64,000 nucleotides of DNA from Patescibacteria group bacterium (GTDB lineage Bacteria > Patescibacteriota > Patescibacteriia > Magasanikbacterales > GWA2-37-8). Made by a program: the position numbers and the translations under genes. The first letter of the stretch is position 1. Each line of letters begins with the position of its first letter. Location of the stretch: assembly GCA_028688375.1 (NCBI GenBank), contig JAQTYG010000001.1, positions 183,420-247,419 of the forward strand. The letters run 5' to 3'. Shown in pieces: positions 56,099 to 64,000 of the stretch. The notes beneath the pieces were generated by a model, which was not told the origin of the DNA, did no database searches, and was given only the letters and a program-made list of their open reading frames with translations.

Positions 56099-57043
56099 TT
56101 ATGGCATGATGATTTCTACTTCCGGTTCAAGCCAGACCCTATACTTATCATACACTCTTCCTTTTATTTCTTCAACCAGAGCGACGACATCGGCTTGAGT
56201 AGCATTGCCGGCGTTGATAATAAAATTGCCGTGTTGCGGAGAAACCTGCGCGCCGCCGATTTTCACGCCTTTTAGGCCGGCTTGTTCCACCAACCAACCG
56301 GCCGGAATCATGCCTCGTTCGCGATAAATCTCCGGTAAGTTGCCGGGCAAAGCGCCCGGCCAATCGCCGGTTTTGATATTTTTAAAAAAACTGCCGGCCG
56401 AAGGCACCGTCGGCAATTTCTGCGACCGACCGAGTAAAATCTCCTGCATTTTTTTAACCACCGACGCTTGGTCGGATGGGATAAGTTTGAAGGTCGCGCG
56501 CAAAACCACTCCCCCATCGCGCTTGAAAATACTATCGCGATAACCGAAGGCGCACTCGGCCGAGGTGAGCGCCGTTGTTTCGCCGTTACGCCACGCTTCA
56601 ACCTGTTTAATATTTTGGGCCATATCCGAACCGTGCGCGCCAGCGTTGCCACGAACCGCTCCGCCGACCGTACCCGGGATGCCGGTCGCCCATTCCAATC
56701 CGGACAAACCGCGCGCCGCGGCTTCGTTGACCGCCGTGGATAACAGCGCGCCAGCTTCAATAATAATTTCGTCTTTGTCCGTCCGACATTTGGCGCAGTC
56801 AATTTTAATCACCACGCCACTAAACCCTTCATCCGGCGCCAGCACGTTTGACCCGCCACCGAGAATAAAAAAATCCTCACCCGCGCCGGATAGGAAATTT
56901 AATAAAGCGGGCAGTTTATCCGCCTCGCTGACTGTCACCACATATTTGGCCGGTCCGCCGATTTTAAAAGTGGTGTGCCGGGATAACAACACGTTAGTCT
57001 TGGTTTTTCCGTATTTTTTCAGCTCGGGATAGAGCAGATCCAT
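56099..57043 (-). CDS. murB: UDP-N-acetylenolpyruvoylglucosamine reductase
   Basis: LSRHTTFKIGGPAKYVV FAD-binding N-terminus and GGSN motif; 314 aa. Confidence 0.8.
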   Translation of the reverse strand: MDLLYPELKKYGKTKTNVLLSRHTTFKIGGPAKYVVTVSEADKLPALLNFLSGAGEDFFILGGGSNVLAPDEGFSGVVIKIDCAKCRTDKDEIIIEAGALLSTAVNEAAARGLSGLEWATGIPGTVGGAVRGNAGAHGSDMAQNIKQVEAWRNGETTALTSAECAFGYRDSIFKRDGGVVLRATFKLIPSDQASVVKKMQEILLGRSQKLPTVPSAGSFFKNIKTGDWPGALPGNLPEIYRERGMIPAGWLVEQAGLKGVKIGGAQVSPQHGNFIINAGNATQADVVALVEEIKGRVYDKYRVWLEPEVEIIMP

Positions 57044-57045
57044 AC

Positions 57046-58743
57046 TTGCTTTTTTCCTTATTTCCAGGTATTATTACCCCATTATATGGGAAAAATATGG
57101 TCTTGGCAAATGAAGTAAAAACAACGCTAAAAAAGAAACTCGGCCGGAAGCGGCTTTTTTATGTCTGCCGAGACGCGGAGCGCGCCGAAGCCGGACTTTT
57201 GCTTGGCCTGGCGAACTTTTTTATCGTGACCAACGACGGCCCCTATAGCCGCCAGCTGGCAAAGAAATACCGGAATATTTTGATTGTCCGAGGAAAGAAA
57301 ATTTTAGGCACGCATGAAATTCTGGCTAATTCCGCGATTAAGAAAAAAATTCGCCGAGGTGATTTTATTTTACTCTTTAAGCAGATGGAAAAAATTGAAA
57401 AAATCTGCGCCGAGCGCGGCTGGGTTTTGCTGAACCCGCCGACGGCGCTGGCCACGCGAGTGGAAGAAAAAATCTCGCAAGTGAAGTGGCTGGGCGCGTT
57501 AAAAAAATATTTGCCGTTGATTAAAATTGATATTTTAAAAAATATTTCCTGGGGCGGAAAAAAATTCATTTTACAATTTAATCGCGCTCACACCGGCGGT
57601 GGCACCATGTTGATTGACACGGCCAAAAAACTGAACGATTTAAAAAAGAAATTTCCGGCGCGCGAGGCGCGACTGGCCAAATTCGTGGCGGGGCCGAGTT
57701 TTACGGCCAACTGCGTTGTGTCGGGCAAAAAGGTTTTGCTTGGCAATATCAGCTACCAAATCACCGGCTTACGGCCGTTTACTGACAATCCCTTCGCCAC
57801 TATCGGCAATGACTGGGCTTTGCCGAAGAAAATTTTGAATAAAGAACAGCTGGGCGCGATTGAAACTATCGCCCGGGCCGTGGGCGCGAAATTAGCGCGT
57901 GATGGTTGGCGCGGACTGTATGGCATTGACGTTTCCATAGACGAAAAAACCGGGCGCGTCTATTTGATTGAAATCAACGCCCGACAACCGGCTTCCACCA
58001 GTTGGGAATCAATCTTACAGAATGAACACCGGATAATGGGTGGATTGACCGTGTTCGAAGCGCACTTATTAGCTTTACTGAAATGCGCCAGCGGACAAAA
58101 AATTATTCCGATTAGCAACGGCGCGCAAATTATTCAACGGGTAACCAAGGATACGCCACGATTGCCGGAGCCGAAACTTTTTAAACCGATTGAATTCCAT
58201 TACATCCGCTACGAAAATACAGAAATTGATAACGATCTTTTGCGGTTGCAGACCGGGTGCGGGGTAATGGCCAAGCATAGTCAGTTAAATCCGCACGGGG
58301 AAGAACTTTCCGTTTTTGTCCGTTTTACCCGAAGCCGACGGGCTTCTAACTGCCCGCGGGCCGGCGCGATCATTACACGGAACGGGCGCATCCTTTTGCT
58401 GAAACGCCACCGTTACGGGTATAATTACTGGGTGGTGCCGGGCGGAACACCCGAAAAAAACGAGAATATGGCCACGACCGCCAGACGAGAAATCCTGGAA
58501 GAAACCGGTTTGCGCGCGATACTTGATACCCAACAACCGCCGCTTCGTATTAACGGTACCCGCGATGAAACTTACTATTTTACGAAATCATTCAACGGGC
58601 GGGCGCGGTTGGGCGGACCGGAAAGAAAAAGTAGTTGTCCGGAAAACCACTACACTTTGAAGTGGGTGCCGATTAAAGAACTTAAAAAAATAAATTTGTT
58701 GCCGGTAGAATTAAAGGAAAAATTGATAAAAATATTGTGTTAA
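57046..58743 (+). CDS. Fusion protein: N-terminal ATP-grasp ligase domain plus C-terminal NUDIX hydrolase domain
   Basis: ATP-grasp-like core ending RVYLIEINARQ; Nudix box GGTPEKNENMATTARREILEETGL (Gx5Ex7REUxEExGU). Start could alternatively be the ATG at 57097 (MVLANEV), which has a GGGAAA RBS. Confidence 0.55.
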   Translation: MLFSLFPGIITPLYGKNMVLANEVKTTLKKKLGRKRLFYVCRDAERAEAGLLLGLANFFIVTNDGPYSRQLAKKYRNILIVRGKKILGTHEILANSAIKKKIRRGDFILLFKQMEKIEKICAERGWVLLNPPTALATRVEEKISQVKWLGALKKYLPLIKIDILKNISWGGKKFILQFNRAHTGGGTMLIDTAKKLNDLKKKFPAREARLAKFVAGPSFTANCVVSGKKVLLGNISYQITGLRPFTDNPFATIGNDWALPKKILNKEQLGAIETIARAVGAKLARDGWRGLYGIDVSIDEKTGRVYLIEINARQPASTSWESILQNEHRIMGGLTVFEAHLLALLKCASGQKIIPISNGAQIIQRVTKDTPRLPEPKLFKPIEFHYIRYENTEIDNDLLRLQTGCGVMAKHSQLNPHGEELSVFVRFTRSRRASNCPRAGAIITRNGRILLLKRHRYGYNYWVVPGGTPEKNENMATTARREILEETGLRAILDTQQPPLRINGTRDETYYFTKSFNGRARLGGPERKSSCPENHYTLKWVPIKELKKINLLPVELKEKLIKILC

Positions 58744-58752
58744 TTTTAATAA

Positions 58753-58780
58753 CTGGATTCCCGCCTTCGCGGGAATGACA
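58753..58780. repeat. REP-like hairpin family A: CTGGATTCCCGCCTTCGCGGGAATGACA, overlapping the start codon of the next gene
   Basis: The ATGACA of the repeat supplies the ATG at 58775. Confidence 0.65.
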
Positions 58781-59602
58781 ATGATTATGTTATCCGCGCG
58801 AGCTGAAAAAGTTATCCGCGATTATTTCAACCTTCCTTTTGAGGGTTTGACTGGCGTGCGCTGTCCTTATTTTAACAACGCCCGGCGCAATCGGCGCGGA
58901 CAACTGCGCGGGCTGATCGGTAAAGGCACACCGGAAGAAATCGCGGAGGAGGCGCGAATCATTTCCACTCAATATCGCCATAATATTTTTGATAAAGATG
59001 GCCACTGCTGTGTGCACGCGACGCATAATGACGAAGAAAAAATTGAAGACGTGAGAAAATTTTTGATTGATAATGATCTGGGAATTGATTGTTCCGGATT
59101 TGTCAGCCATGTCCTGATTGAACATTACAAAGAAACCAGGGGCGTGGATATCGCCCGCCGGTTTCACTTTTGGCCGATAAAAAATTTCTGGCGCTGGCTG
59201 GTGGCGCGTTTGCGTCCGGTGGAAAACATGTCGGTCCGCGTAATGGCTAAGGACGCTAACACTAACAAGATCGCCGATGGGCGAAGCGGTTTTGATTGGT
59301 CGCGCTTAGAATCGGCGGATTTAGTGATCATGATGGAAACCGGACCGAACAAAAAAAGAAACCACGTGTTGCTGATTGAAGACAACGAGGGCTCGGTGAT
59401 TAGATACACGCACGCCCGCGCCTGGTCGGCTGAAGGCAAATACGGACATGGGGTGGCGCGCGGAGAGATCCGTCTAACCAAACCGGGCGGTAATTTGTTG
59501 GAACAAGCCTGGGAAGAACTGGGCCGAGCCGGAGAAGATAATGAAACATTTTTAGAAGCAACAGGGGCTAAACTGTTGGAAGTAAGACGGATAAGAATAT
59601 AG
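58775..59602 (+). CDS. Hypothetical protein with NlpC/P60-like papain-fold cysteine peptidase motif
   Basis: GIDCSGFVSHVL resembles the NlpC/P60 catalytic Cys block; a downstream His (NHVLLI) is present. Weak. Confidence 0.35.
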   Translation: MTMIMLSARAEKVIRDYFNLPFEGLTGVRCPYFNNARRNRRGQLRGLIGKGTPEEIAEEARIISTQYRHNIFDKDGHCCVHATHNDEEKIEDVRKFLIDNDLGIDCSGFVSHVLIEHYKETRGVDIARRFHFWPIKNFWRWLVARLRPVENMSVRVMAKDANTNKIADGRSGFDWSRLESADLVIMMETGPNKKRNHVLLIEDNEGSVIRYTHARAWSAEGKYGHGVARGEIRLTKPGGNLLEQAWEELGRAGEDNETFLEATGAKLLEVRRIRI

Positions 59603-59676
59603 AAGCTGGAAGTTGGAAGATGGAAGAATGACAGGCCGATTAAAAATTAAAAATTACAAAATTAAAAATTTTCACT

Positions 59677-60810
59677 ATGATGTCTTGCCAGCCATTTTCA
59701 CCGGAATTATTGGAGCAGGCATTTTTGTATCTTTTGTGCGCGACCATTGGCGCGTTTATTTTAGCGCCGTTACTAACCAAATTTTTATACAAATTTAAAA
59801 TTACCCGCCGAAGCGAATATGACTTCACTTTGCAGGGCGCGGATCGAGCGGGAAAAGTCGGCACGCCGATCATGGGTGGTTTATTAGTCATTGTGGTGGT
59901 CACGATCATTACTTTACTTTTTAATTGGGAACGCAGTTATACCTATGTGCCGATCGGTGTGATGGGTCTGTCGGCCTTGCTCGGCGCGGCTGATGATTTG
60001 ATGAACATTTTCGGGGCAAAAAGACGCTCTCGTTCGTTCGCTAATACTTGGCTTCTGGTAAGAATACACCGACATTGGTACGCGCGAATTTTTTATTTTT
60101 GCAGTCTGCCCTGGGTGGCTTTTCGCCAGCTGGCCAGCGCGCTCGGTTCACATCCGGGGCGCGGAATTCAGGTGCACGAAAAACTGCTGATGCAATTTAT
60201 CGCCGGCGGAGTGACGGCTTGGTGGATCTATTTTAAACTGGGAGAAAATTGGCGCTCGCTTTGGGTGCCGTTTGACGGCGTGATTAATCTCGGCTGGTGG
60301 ATTATTCCTTTGGTGATTTTACTGGTGATGTTCACGGCCAACGCGGTCAACATCGCCGACGGCTTGGACGGTCTGGCCGGCGGAGCGTTGATTATGACCT
60401 TTCTCGGCCTGATGATTATCAGTTGGATTGAGGGCCGGGTGGCGTTTACTTTGCTCAATGGTACGGTGGTGGGGGCGCTGATTGCTTATACTTACTTTAA
60501 TATCAAACCGGCGCGATTCCAAATGGGCGATGTCGGCACACTGGGATTAGGCGCGCTTTTTGCCATCAACGCCATTGCCGTTAATAAAACCATTCTGATT
60601 CCCCTACTCGGCTTTATTTTTTACGTGGAAGCGATTTCTGTGCTGATCCAAATTTTCTGCCGCCGAATGTTGGGCAAAAGATTTTTCAAAATGGCCCCCA
60701 TTCATCATCACTTTGAGTTTCGCGGTTGGAGTGAGGAAAAAATTGTGATGCGCTTTTGGCTGATTCACTCTTTCTTTGTGATTGTGGCCGTGTGGCTGGC
60801 GTTACATTAA
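59677..60810 (+). CDS. mraY: Phospho-N-acetylmuramoyl-pentapeptide transferase
   Basis: NAVNIADGLDGLAGG and QMGDVGTLGLGA motifs of the MraY/WecA family; 10 TM; 377 aa. Confidence 0.8.
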   Translation: MMSCQPFSPELLEQAFLYLLCATIGAFILAPLLTKFLYKFKITRRSEYDFTLQGADRAGKVGTPIMGGLLVIVVVTIITLLFNWERSYTYVPIGVMGLSALLGAADDLMNIFGAKRRSRSFANTWLLVRIHRHWYARIFYFCSLPWVAFRQLASALGSHPGRGIQVHEKLLMQFIAGGVTAWWIYFKLGENWRSLWVPFDGVINLGWWIIPLVILLVMFTANAVNIADGLDGLAGGALIMTFLGLMIISWIEGRVAFTLLNGTVVGALIAYTYFNIKPARFQMGDVGTLGLGALFAINAIAVNKTILIPLLGFIFYVEAISVLIQIFCRRMLGKRFFKMAPIHHHFEFRGWSEEKIVMRFWLIHSFFVIVAVWLALH

Positions 60811-60895
60811 AACAGTTCTCGGTGCACAGTTCACAGTACACAGTACGCAGTACACGGAAAAAAATGTCATCTGTAAACTGAGAACTGTGAACTCC
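60811..60895. repeat. Long imperfect inverted repeat (CAGTTCTC..GAGAACTG; CACAGTTCACAG..CTGTGAACTGTG) enclosing tandem heptamers CACAGTA-CACAGTA-CGCAGTA
   Basis: Read directly between the mraY stop (60810) and the next gene start (60902). Confidence 0.55.
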
Positions 60896-60901
60896 ATAAT
60901 T

Positions 60902-61591
60902 ATGGACAGATACTTAACCTGGGACGAAAAAACAATCACGGATTTTTCCGATGCCAATGTCAGCGCCCTGTATGAGCGCGGTTTTGTTTTTACGCGCCTG
61001 GGCAAGGGGCAGATGGCGCAGACTAGAAGCGTGCGTGTCGACTTGAACAAATTTGAATTAACCAGCGAAAATCGCCGAGTGTTGAAAAAAACAGAAAACG
61101 TGCGGTTAAATGTTGTGTCGCTCCCCCATCCGAATTATGACTGGCGGATACATAAAATGGGCTTTGATTTTTATACGACAAAATTCGGGCCCGGAACTTT
61201 TTCCGCCAATAAGATCAAGGAACTTTTGATCAGCGAAAATAGTAATTTTAATTTGCTTTTTAAGTACTCTCTCGATGCCCCGAAGGGATCCCTCGACTCC
61301 GCTCGGGATGACAAAAATGAGCCGGTCGGCTACTGTATTTGCTATACCAATTCCGATTGGCTACATTACGCTTATCCGTTTTATGATTTGAATGTCGACG
61401 CGCCGAATTTAGGTATCAGCATGATGACCAAGGCGATTGTCTGGGCCAAGGAAAACGGAAAAAAATATGTTTGTCTCGGTAGCGCGAAAGATGCCGCAGC
61501 GATTTACAAGTTTCAATTTTCCGGCGTGGAATGGTTTGACGGTAAAGAATGGAAAACGGATGTTGAAGAACTAAAAAAAATATTAAAATAA
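60902..61591 (+). CDS. GNAT-fold aminoacyl-tRNA-dependent transferase-like protein (FemAB/DUF2156-like), carrying an in-frame REP insertion
   Basis: C-terminal AAAIYKFQFSGVEW resembles the Fem-family G..YRFK.GFG ending; start chosen at 60902 rather than 60782 to avoid overlap with mraY and the hairpin. Weak. Confidence 0.4.
   Translation: MDRYLTWDEKTITDFSDANVSALYERGFVFTRLGKGQMAQTRSVRVDLNKFELTSENRRVLKKTENVRLNVVSLPHPNYDWRIHKMGFDFYTTKFGPGTFSANKIKELLISENSNFNLLFKYSLDAPKGSLDSARDDKNEPVGYCICYTNSDWLHYAYPFYDLNVDAPNLGISMMTKAIVWAKENGKKYVCLGSAKDAAAIYKFQFSGVEWFDGKEWKTDVEELKKILK
61280..61313. repeat. REP-like element family B inserted in frame within a CDS (CCGAAGGGATCCCTCGACTCCGCTCGGGATGACA, encoding PKGSLDSARDD)
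   Basis: The 5' 15 nt and 3' GGGATGACA match the intergenic copies at 45535 and 42371/42424. Confidence 0.6.
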
Positions 61592-61614
61592 CTATAAAAA
61601 TTGCACTTTGCCAT

Positions 61615-62421
61615 ATGGAAAAATTTAACTCATCCAAACACGGGCATCTTACCAAAGATTTGCCGCTTAGCTTTCTTTCTCTGCCGGTCTATCTTGATTT
61701 TTGCGCGCATATTCTTGAAAGAAACGGCGAGCCAATAATAGTCCGGCAGGACGCTTTATATGAGCACGAATTTCCTTCAATCTTTTTGCCCAAGAACCCT
61801 CAAAATTGGCAACGGGCTTCAATGGCAATGATAACAAAGCATGATATTGAGAAGATTAAAGCACACAGCATCGAAGTTGGCATTGAAACTCCGACGGAAA
61901 CCGAGTTTTTTTATAACACAAATGATTTTGTGAATCCGCGCGGGAAATTAAAGGAGCGCATTAATCAATTTGAAAATAATTACGATTTTGTTTTAAAAAA
62001 TACTTACAGTAAAGATGCGCTCGCAACGTTTTTTAAAACGTGGGAAGGGCAAAAAGAATGCGCCAACGATTGGTTTGAAAAAGAAAGCGCCGACTTTTTC
62101 TTTTATTGTTTGGAAAATCTTGAAAAATATGGCATTGCCCAAGTGTATGTAGAAGTGGAAAACAAATTAGTCGGTTTTGCGTGGGGAGTAAAACATTTAG
62201 GAAATAATTGGGCGGGGTTGCACATGAAGGTTGACTATAACTACAAAGGGCTGAGCCGTTTTATTCATCACGAGAGAGCAAAAATATTTTCCGGGTATGA
62301 TATGTTTACTTTGGGCACGGGTTGCGAGGACCCCGGACTGATTCAGTTCAAAAAAGAACTGAAACCGGTTAAAGAGCAGGAATATTTTTACGTATTCACT
62401 CGCGGAATAATCACTTCATGA
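61615..62421 (+). CDS. GNAT-fold aminoacyl-tRNA-dependent transferase-like protein (DUF2156 / MprF C-terminal-like)
   Basis: 268 aa; the GLIQFKKELKPV ending and central VGFAWGV block resemble DUF2156/Fem family members. Weak. Confidence 0.4.
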   Translation: MEKFNSSKHGHLTKDLPLSFLSLPVYLDFCAHILERNGEPIIVRQDALYEHEFPSIFLPKNPQNWQRASMAMITKHDIEKIKAHSIEVGIETPTETEFFYNTNDFVNPRGKLKERINQFENNYDFVLKNTYSKDALATFFKTWEGQKECANDWFEKESADFFFYCLENLEKYGIAQVYVEVENKLVGFAWGVKHLGNNWAGLHMKVDYNYKGLSRFIHHERAKIFSGYDMFTLGTGCEDPGLIQFKKELKPVKEQEYFYVFTRGIITS

Positions 62422-62422
62422 T

Positions 62423-63283
62423 ATGAAAAATAATTTGGAGCAAAGACTTCTCTCCGATAAAATTGAACAGGAGAAACACATGGAGGAGCTGATTAGAAAT
62501 TTGGACGTTCTGTCTTCAATAGACAGTTTTTCGACACATGAAGACGAGATTAGAGCATATTTAAAAGAAATTTTGGAAAAATTCGAGATGAAATGCGAGG
62601 TGGACGAAAAAGGCAATCTCTGGGGAGAATCGGAAAAAGGAAAACAAAAAAATATCTTAGTGTCGGCACATATGGATAAGGTCGGAGCGGGAAATCCGGT
62701 AGCACATATTGGAAACCGACTAAAGGGACGGCTGGATAACGCGCTCGGTTTATCAATTATCATTGAATTATTAAAAAACGGCTTAAAACCGTCGGTACTT
62801 TTTACCGTTGAAGAAGAATCAGATTACGAAGTTGTAAGAGAGGGTCTGCCCGCGTTTGAAGAGCGAGAGCTCCCGAATGGCCTTTATCATGCCGGCGCAC
62901 GATTCGCGGCGGAACAACTGGTTAAACAACTTGAAAAACCAAGCCTGGCAATAGTGGTGGATGTTACAAGAATGGGAAAGGTGGGCGACGGGCCGATTAT
63001 TTATACTTCTTCCGGCTATAAAAAGCCGGGAACACAATCTTATTTCTCTCCAAAAATTCTAAAAAAGATAGCGAAAATTATAAACCCACTTGGTATCGGC
63101 GTCAGCTATCAGGAGGGAAATCCCAACGATGCCACAGAGATGGCTAGTGTTCCAGGAATGGAGATTCTTGCCGTTGAGATTCCTGTTATAAATAACCATA
63201 CCGCGAATGAAGAAGCCGACCTTGGAGACGTTGAGAAAACAATAAAAATCTTAACTAGTATTATAGAAAATTTTGAATTTTAA
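62423..63283 (+). CDS. M42/M20-like metallopeptidase family protein (short form)
   Basis: SAHMDKVG resembles the M42 (FrvX/glutamyl aminopeptidase) HMDEIG metal-binding block; 286 aa is shorter than canonical. Confidence 0.4.
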   Translation: MKNNLEQRLLSDKIEQEKHMEELIRNLDVLSSIDSFSTHEDEIRAYLKEILEKFEMKCEVDEKGNLWGESEKGKQKNILVSAHMDKVGAGNPVAHIGNRLKGRLDNALGLSIIIELLKNGLKPSVLFTVEEESDYEVVREGLPAFEERELPNGLYHAGARFAAEQLVKQLEKPSLAIVVDVTRMGKVGDGPIIYTSSGYKKPGTQSYFSPKILKKIAKIINPLGIGVSYQEGNPNDATEMASVPGMEILAVEIPVINNHTANEEADLGDVEKTIKILTSIIENFEF

Positions 63284-63324
63284 GTTGTAATTTTGATTTT
63301 TGCCTTTTGCCTTTTGATTTATTT

Positions 63325-64000
63325 ATGAAGCACATCCACTTTATTGGCATTTGCGGGGTCGGCATGAGCGCGCTGGCCATTCTTTGGAAAAAGAAAGGGT
63401 TCAAAGTAACCGGCTCGGACGCGGGATTTTATCCGCCTGTTTCCACTCATCTGGAGGAAAATGGGATTGATTTTTATGCCGGCTGGCATCCGGAAAAAAT
63501 GTCTACGCCGGATTTGGTGGTGGTCGGCAATGTGGCCGGTTCGGTCAATCCGGAGTGGCTCTATGTGCAGGAACATAATATCCCGTATGTTTCCTATCCG
63601 GAATTAATCGCGCAAAACTTAGTGCGTAAAAATTCTATAGTCTGCGCCGGCACTTGGGGTAAAACTTCCACTACCGCGCTCCTCGCCTACATTTTAAAAA
63701 CAGCGAATTTTAAGCCGGCCTATATGTTTGGGGGCTTGTCCCTGAGCCTGCCATATGCCGCCGATGACGAGGGTGGCGACTGGAGTGTGTTGGAAGGAGA
63801 TGAATACAAAACAGGTAAAGACCATCCGGAAGCGAAATTTTTTTCTTACAAACCGACTCATTTGCTCCTGACCGGCCTGGCTTGGGATCACTTTGATATG
63901 TATCCGACCGAGGAATCTTACTACGAAGCTTTTACCAAGCTTTTAGGCGGCATGCCGACAGACGGACTGGCGGTGGTGTGCGCGGACGATGAGAATATCA
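63325..64000 (+). CDS. murC: UDP-N-acetylmuramate--L-alanine ligase, N-terminal part (runs off the window)
   Basis: MKHIHFIGICGVGMSALAIL matches the MurC N-terminus (HFIGIGGxGMSGLA); GTWGKTSTTALLAYIL P-loop; not in the ORF track because there is no stop in the window. Confidence 0.75.
   Translation, partial: MKHIHFIGICGVGMSALAILWKKKGFKVTGSDAGFYPPVSTHLEENGIDFYAGWHPEKMSTPDLVVVGNVAGSVNPEWLYVQEHNIPYVSYPELIAQNLVRKNSIVCAGTWGKTSTTALLAYILKTANFKPAYMFGGLSLSLPYAADDEGGDWSVLEGDEYKTGKDHPEAKFFSYKPTHLLLTGLAWDHFDMYPTEESYYEAFTKLLGGMPTDGLAVVCADDENI

Noticed and set aside
60782-60901. Upstream start (60782) for the Fem-like gene
   Set aside because: It would overlap the mraY 3' end and read through the heptamer/hairpin element. 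The ATG at 60902 follows the hairpin.
28478-61313. Possibility that the dispersed repeats form a CRISPR array
   Set aside because: Copies are tens of kb apart and irregularly spaced, in both orientations relative to genes. There are no uniform spacers and no cas genes. They behave like REP/RPE elements.

Overview
This 64 kb window appears to come from a compact, probably uncultivated bacterium. Coding density is very high, many neighbouring genes overlap by 1-8 nt, and GC content is strikingly uneven. I could not run BLAST, HMM searches or RNA folding, so every call below rests on motifs read directly from the sequence and on the supplied ORF translations.

The window has three parts:

1. Positions 1 to about 28.5 kb form one uninterrupted minus-strand glycan-biosynthesis super-cluster.
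- About 2.2-24.2 kb of it is strongly AT-rich, suggesting horizontal acquisition.
- It contains many glycosyltransferases: tandem GT2 paralogs, a GT4-like enzyme and a GT10 alpha-1,3-fucosyltransferase-like enzyme. It also contains a Wzx-like flippase, an O-antigen-ligase-like TPR protein, methyltransferases and several SDR epimerases/reductases.
- Three nucleotide-sugar modules are present: GDP-fucose (gmd, fcl), rmlC/rmlD, and a CDP-3,6-dideoxyhexose module (rfbF, rfbG, rfbH/E1).
- The CDP module is unusual. It sits beside a split transketolase (N- and C-terminal subunits as separate genes) and a 650 aa B12-binding radical SAM enzyme. No E3 reductase is visible in the window.

2. A housekeeping and cell-envelope stretch carries tsaE, queH, rarA, murF, ftsI-like PBP, rlmN, a P-type ATPase, tkt, hpf, murB, mraY and a partial murC.
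- It also encodes an LTA-synthase-like sulfatase, an ATP-grasp-NUDIX fusion protein, two tandem Fem/DUF2156-like GNAT genes and a nucleoside 2-deoxyribosyltransferase.
- An 842 aa protein with about 8 FN3-like repeats probably lies on the cell surface.
- Several families of GC-rich palindromic REP-like elements run through this stretch. At least three copies are inserted in-frame inside protein-coding genes: gmd, a 717 aa hypothetical and a Fem-like gene. This resembles Rickettsia RPEs.

3. A roughly 6 kb mosaic insertion lies between the FN3 protein gene and murF.
- It begins with a GC-rich (about 60%) two-gene cassette driven by a near-consensus sigma70 promoter, which in turn carries a palindromic operator-like motif.
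- A structured non-coding segment follows. It is bracketed by a promoter and terminators and has a tRNA-like 3' motif that is duplicated 231 bp downstream.
- Next comes a 4.6 kb AT-rich defense island flanked by 21 nt GC palindromic repeats. It holds a tightly coupled HEPN - M.EcoRI-family N6A methyltransferase - DUF262/HNH nuclease operon. Beside it sits a zinc-ribbon-SH3-CHAP hydrolase / ImmA-IrrE peptidase / small two-TM protein module that looks like a lysis cassette.
- This combination is the best candidate for an undescribed defense / abortive-infection system.

Other points: two tandemly duplicated small-protein cassettes, each with its own promoter, SD and terminator (52.3-53.4 kb); phased TGACACC and ATGACCAA operator-like repeat arrays; and heptamer repeats inside a long hairpin after mraY. 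No rRNA, confident tRNA or CRISPR array was detected.
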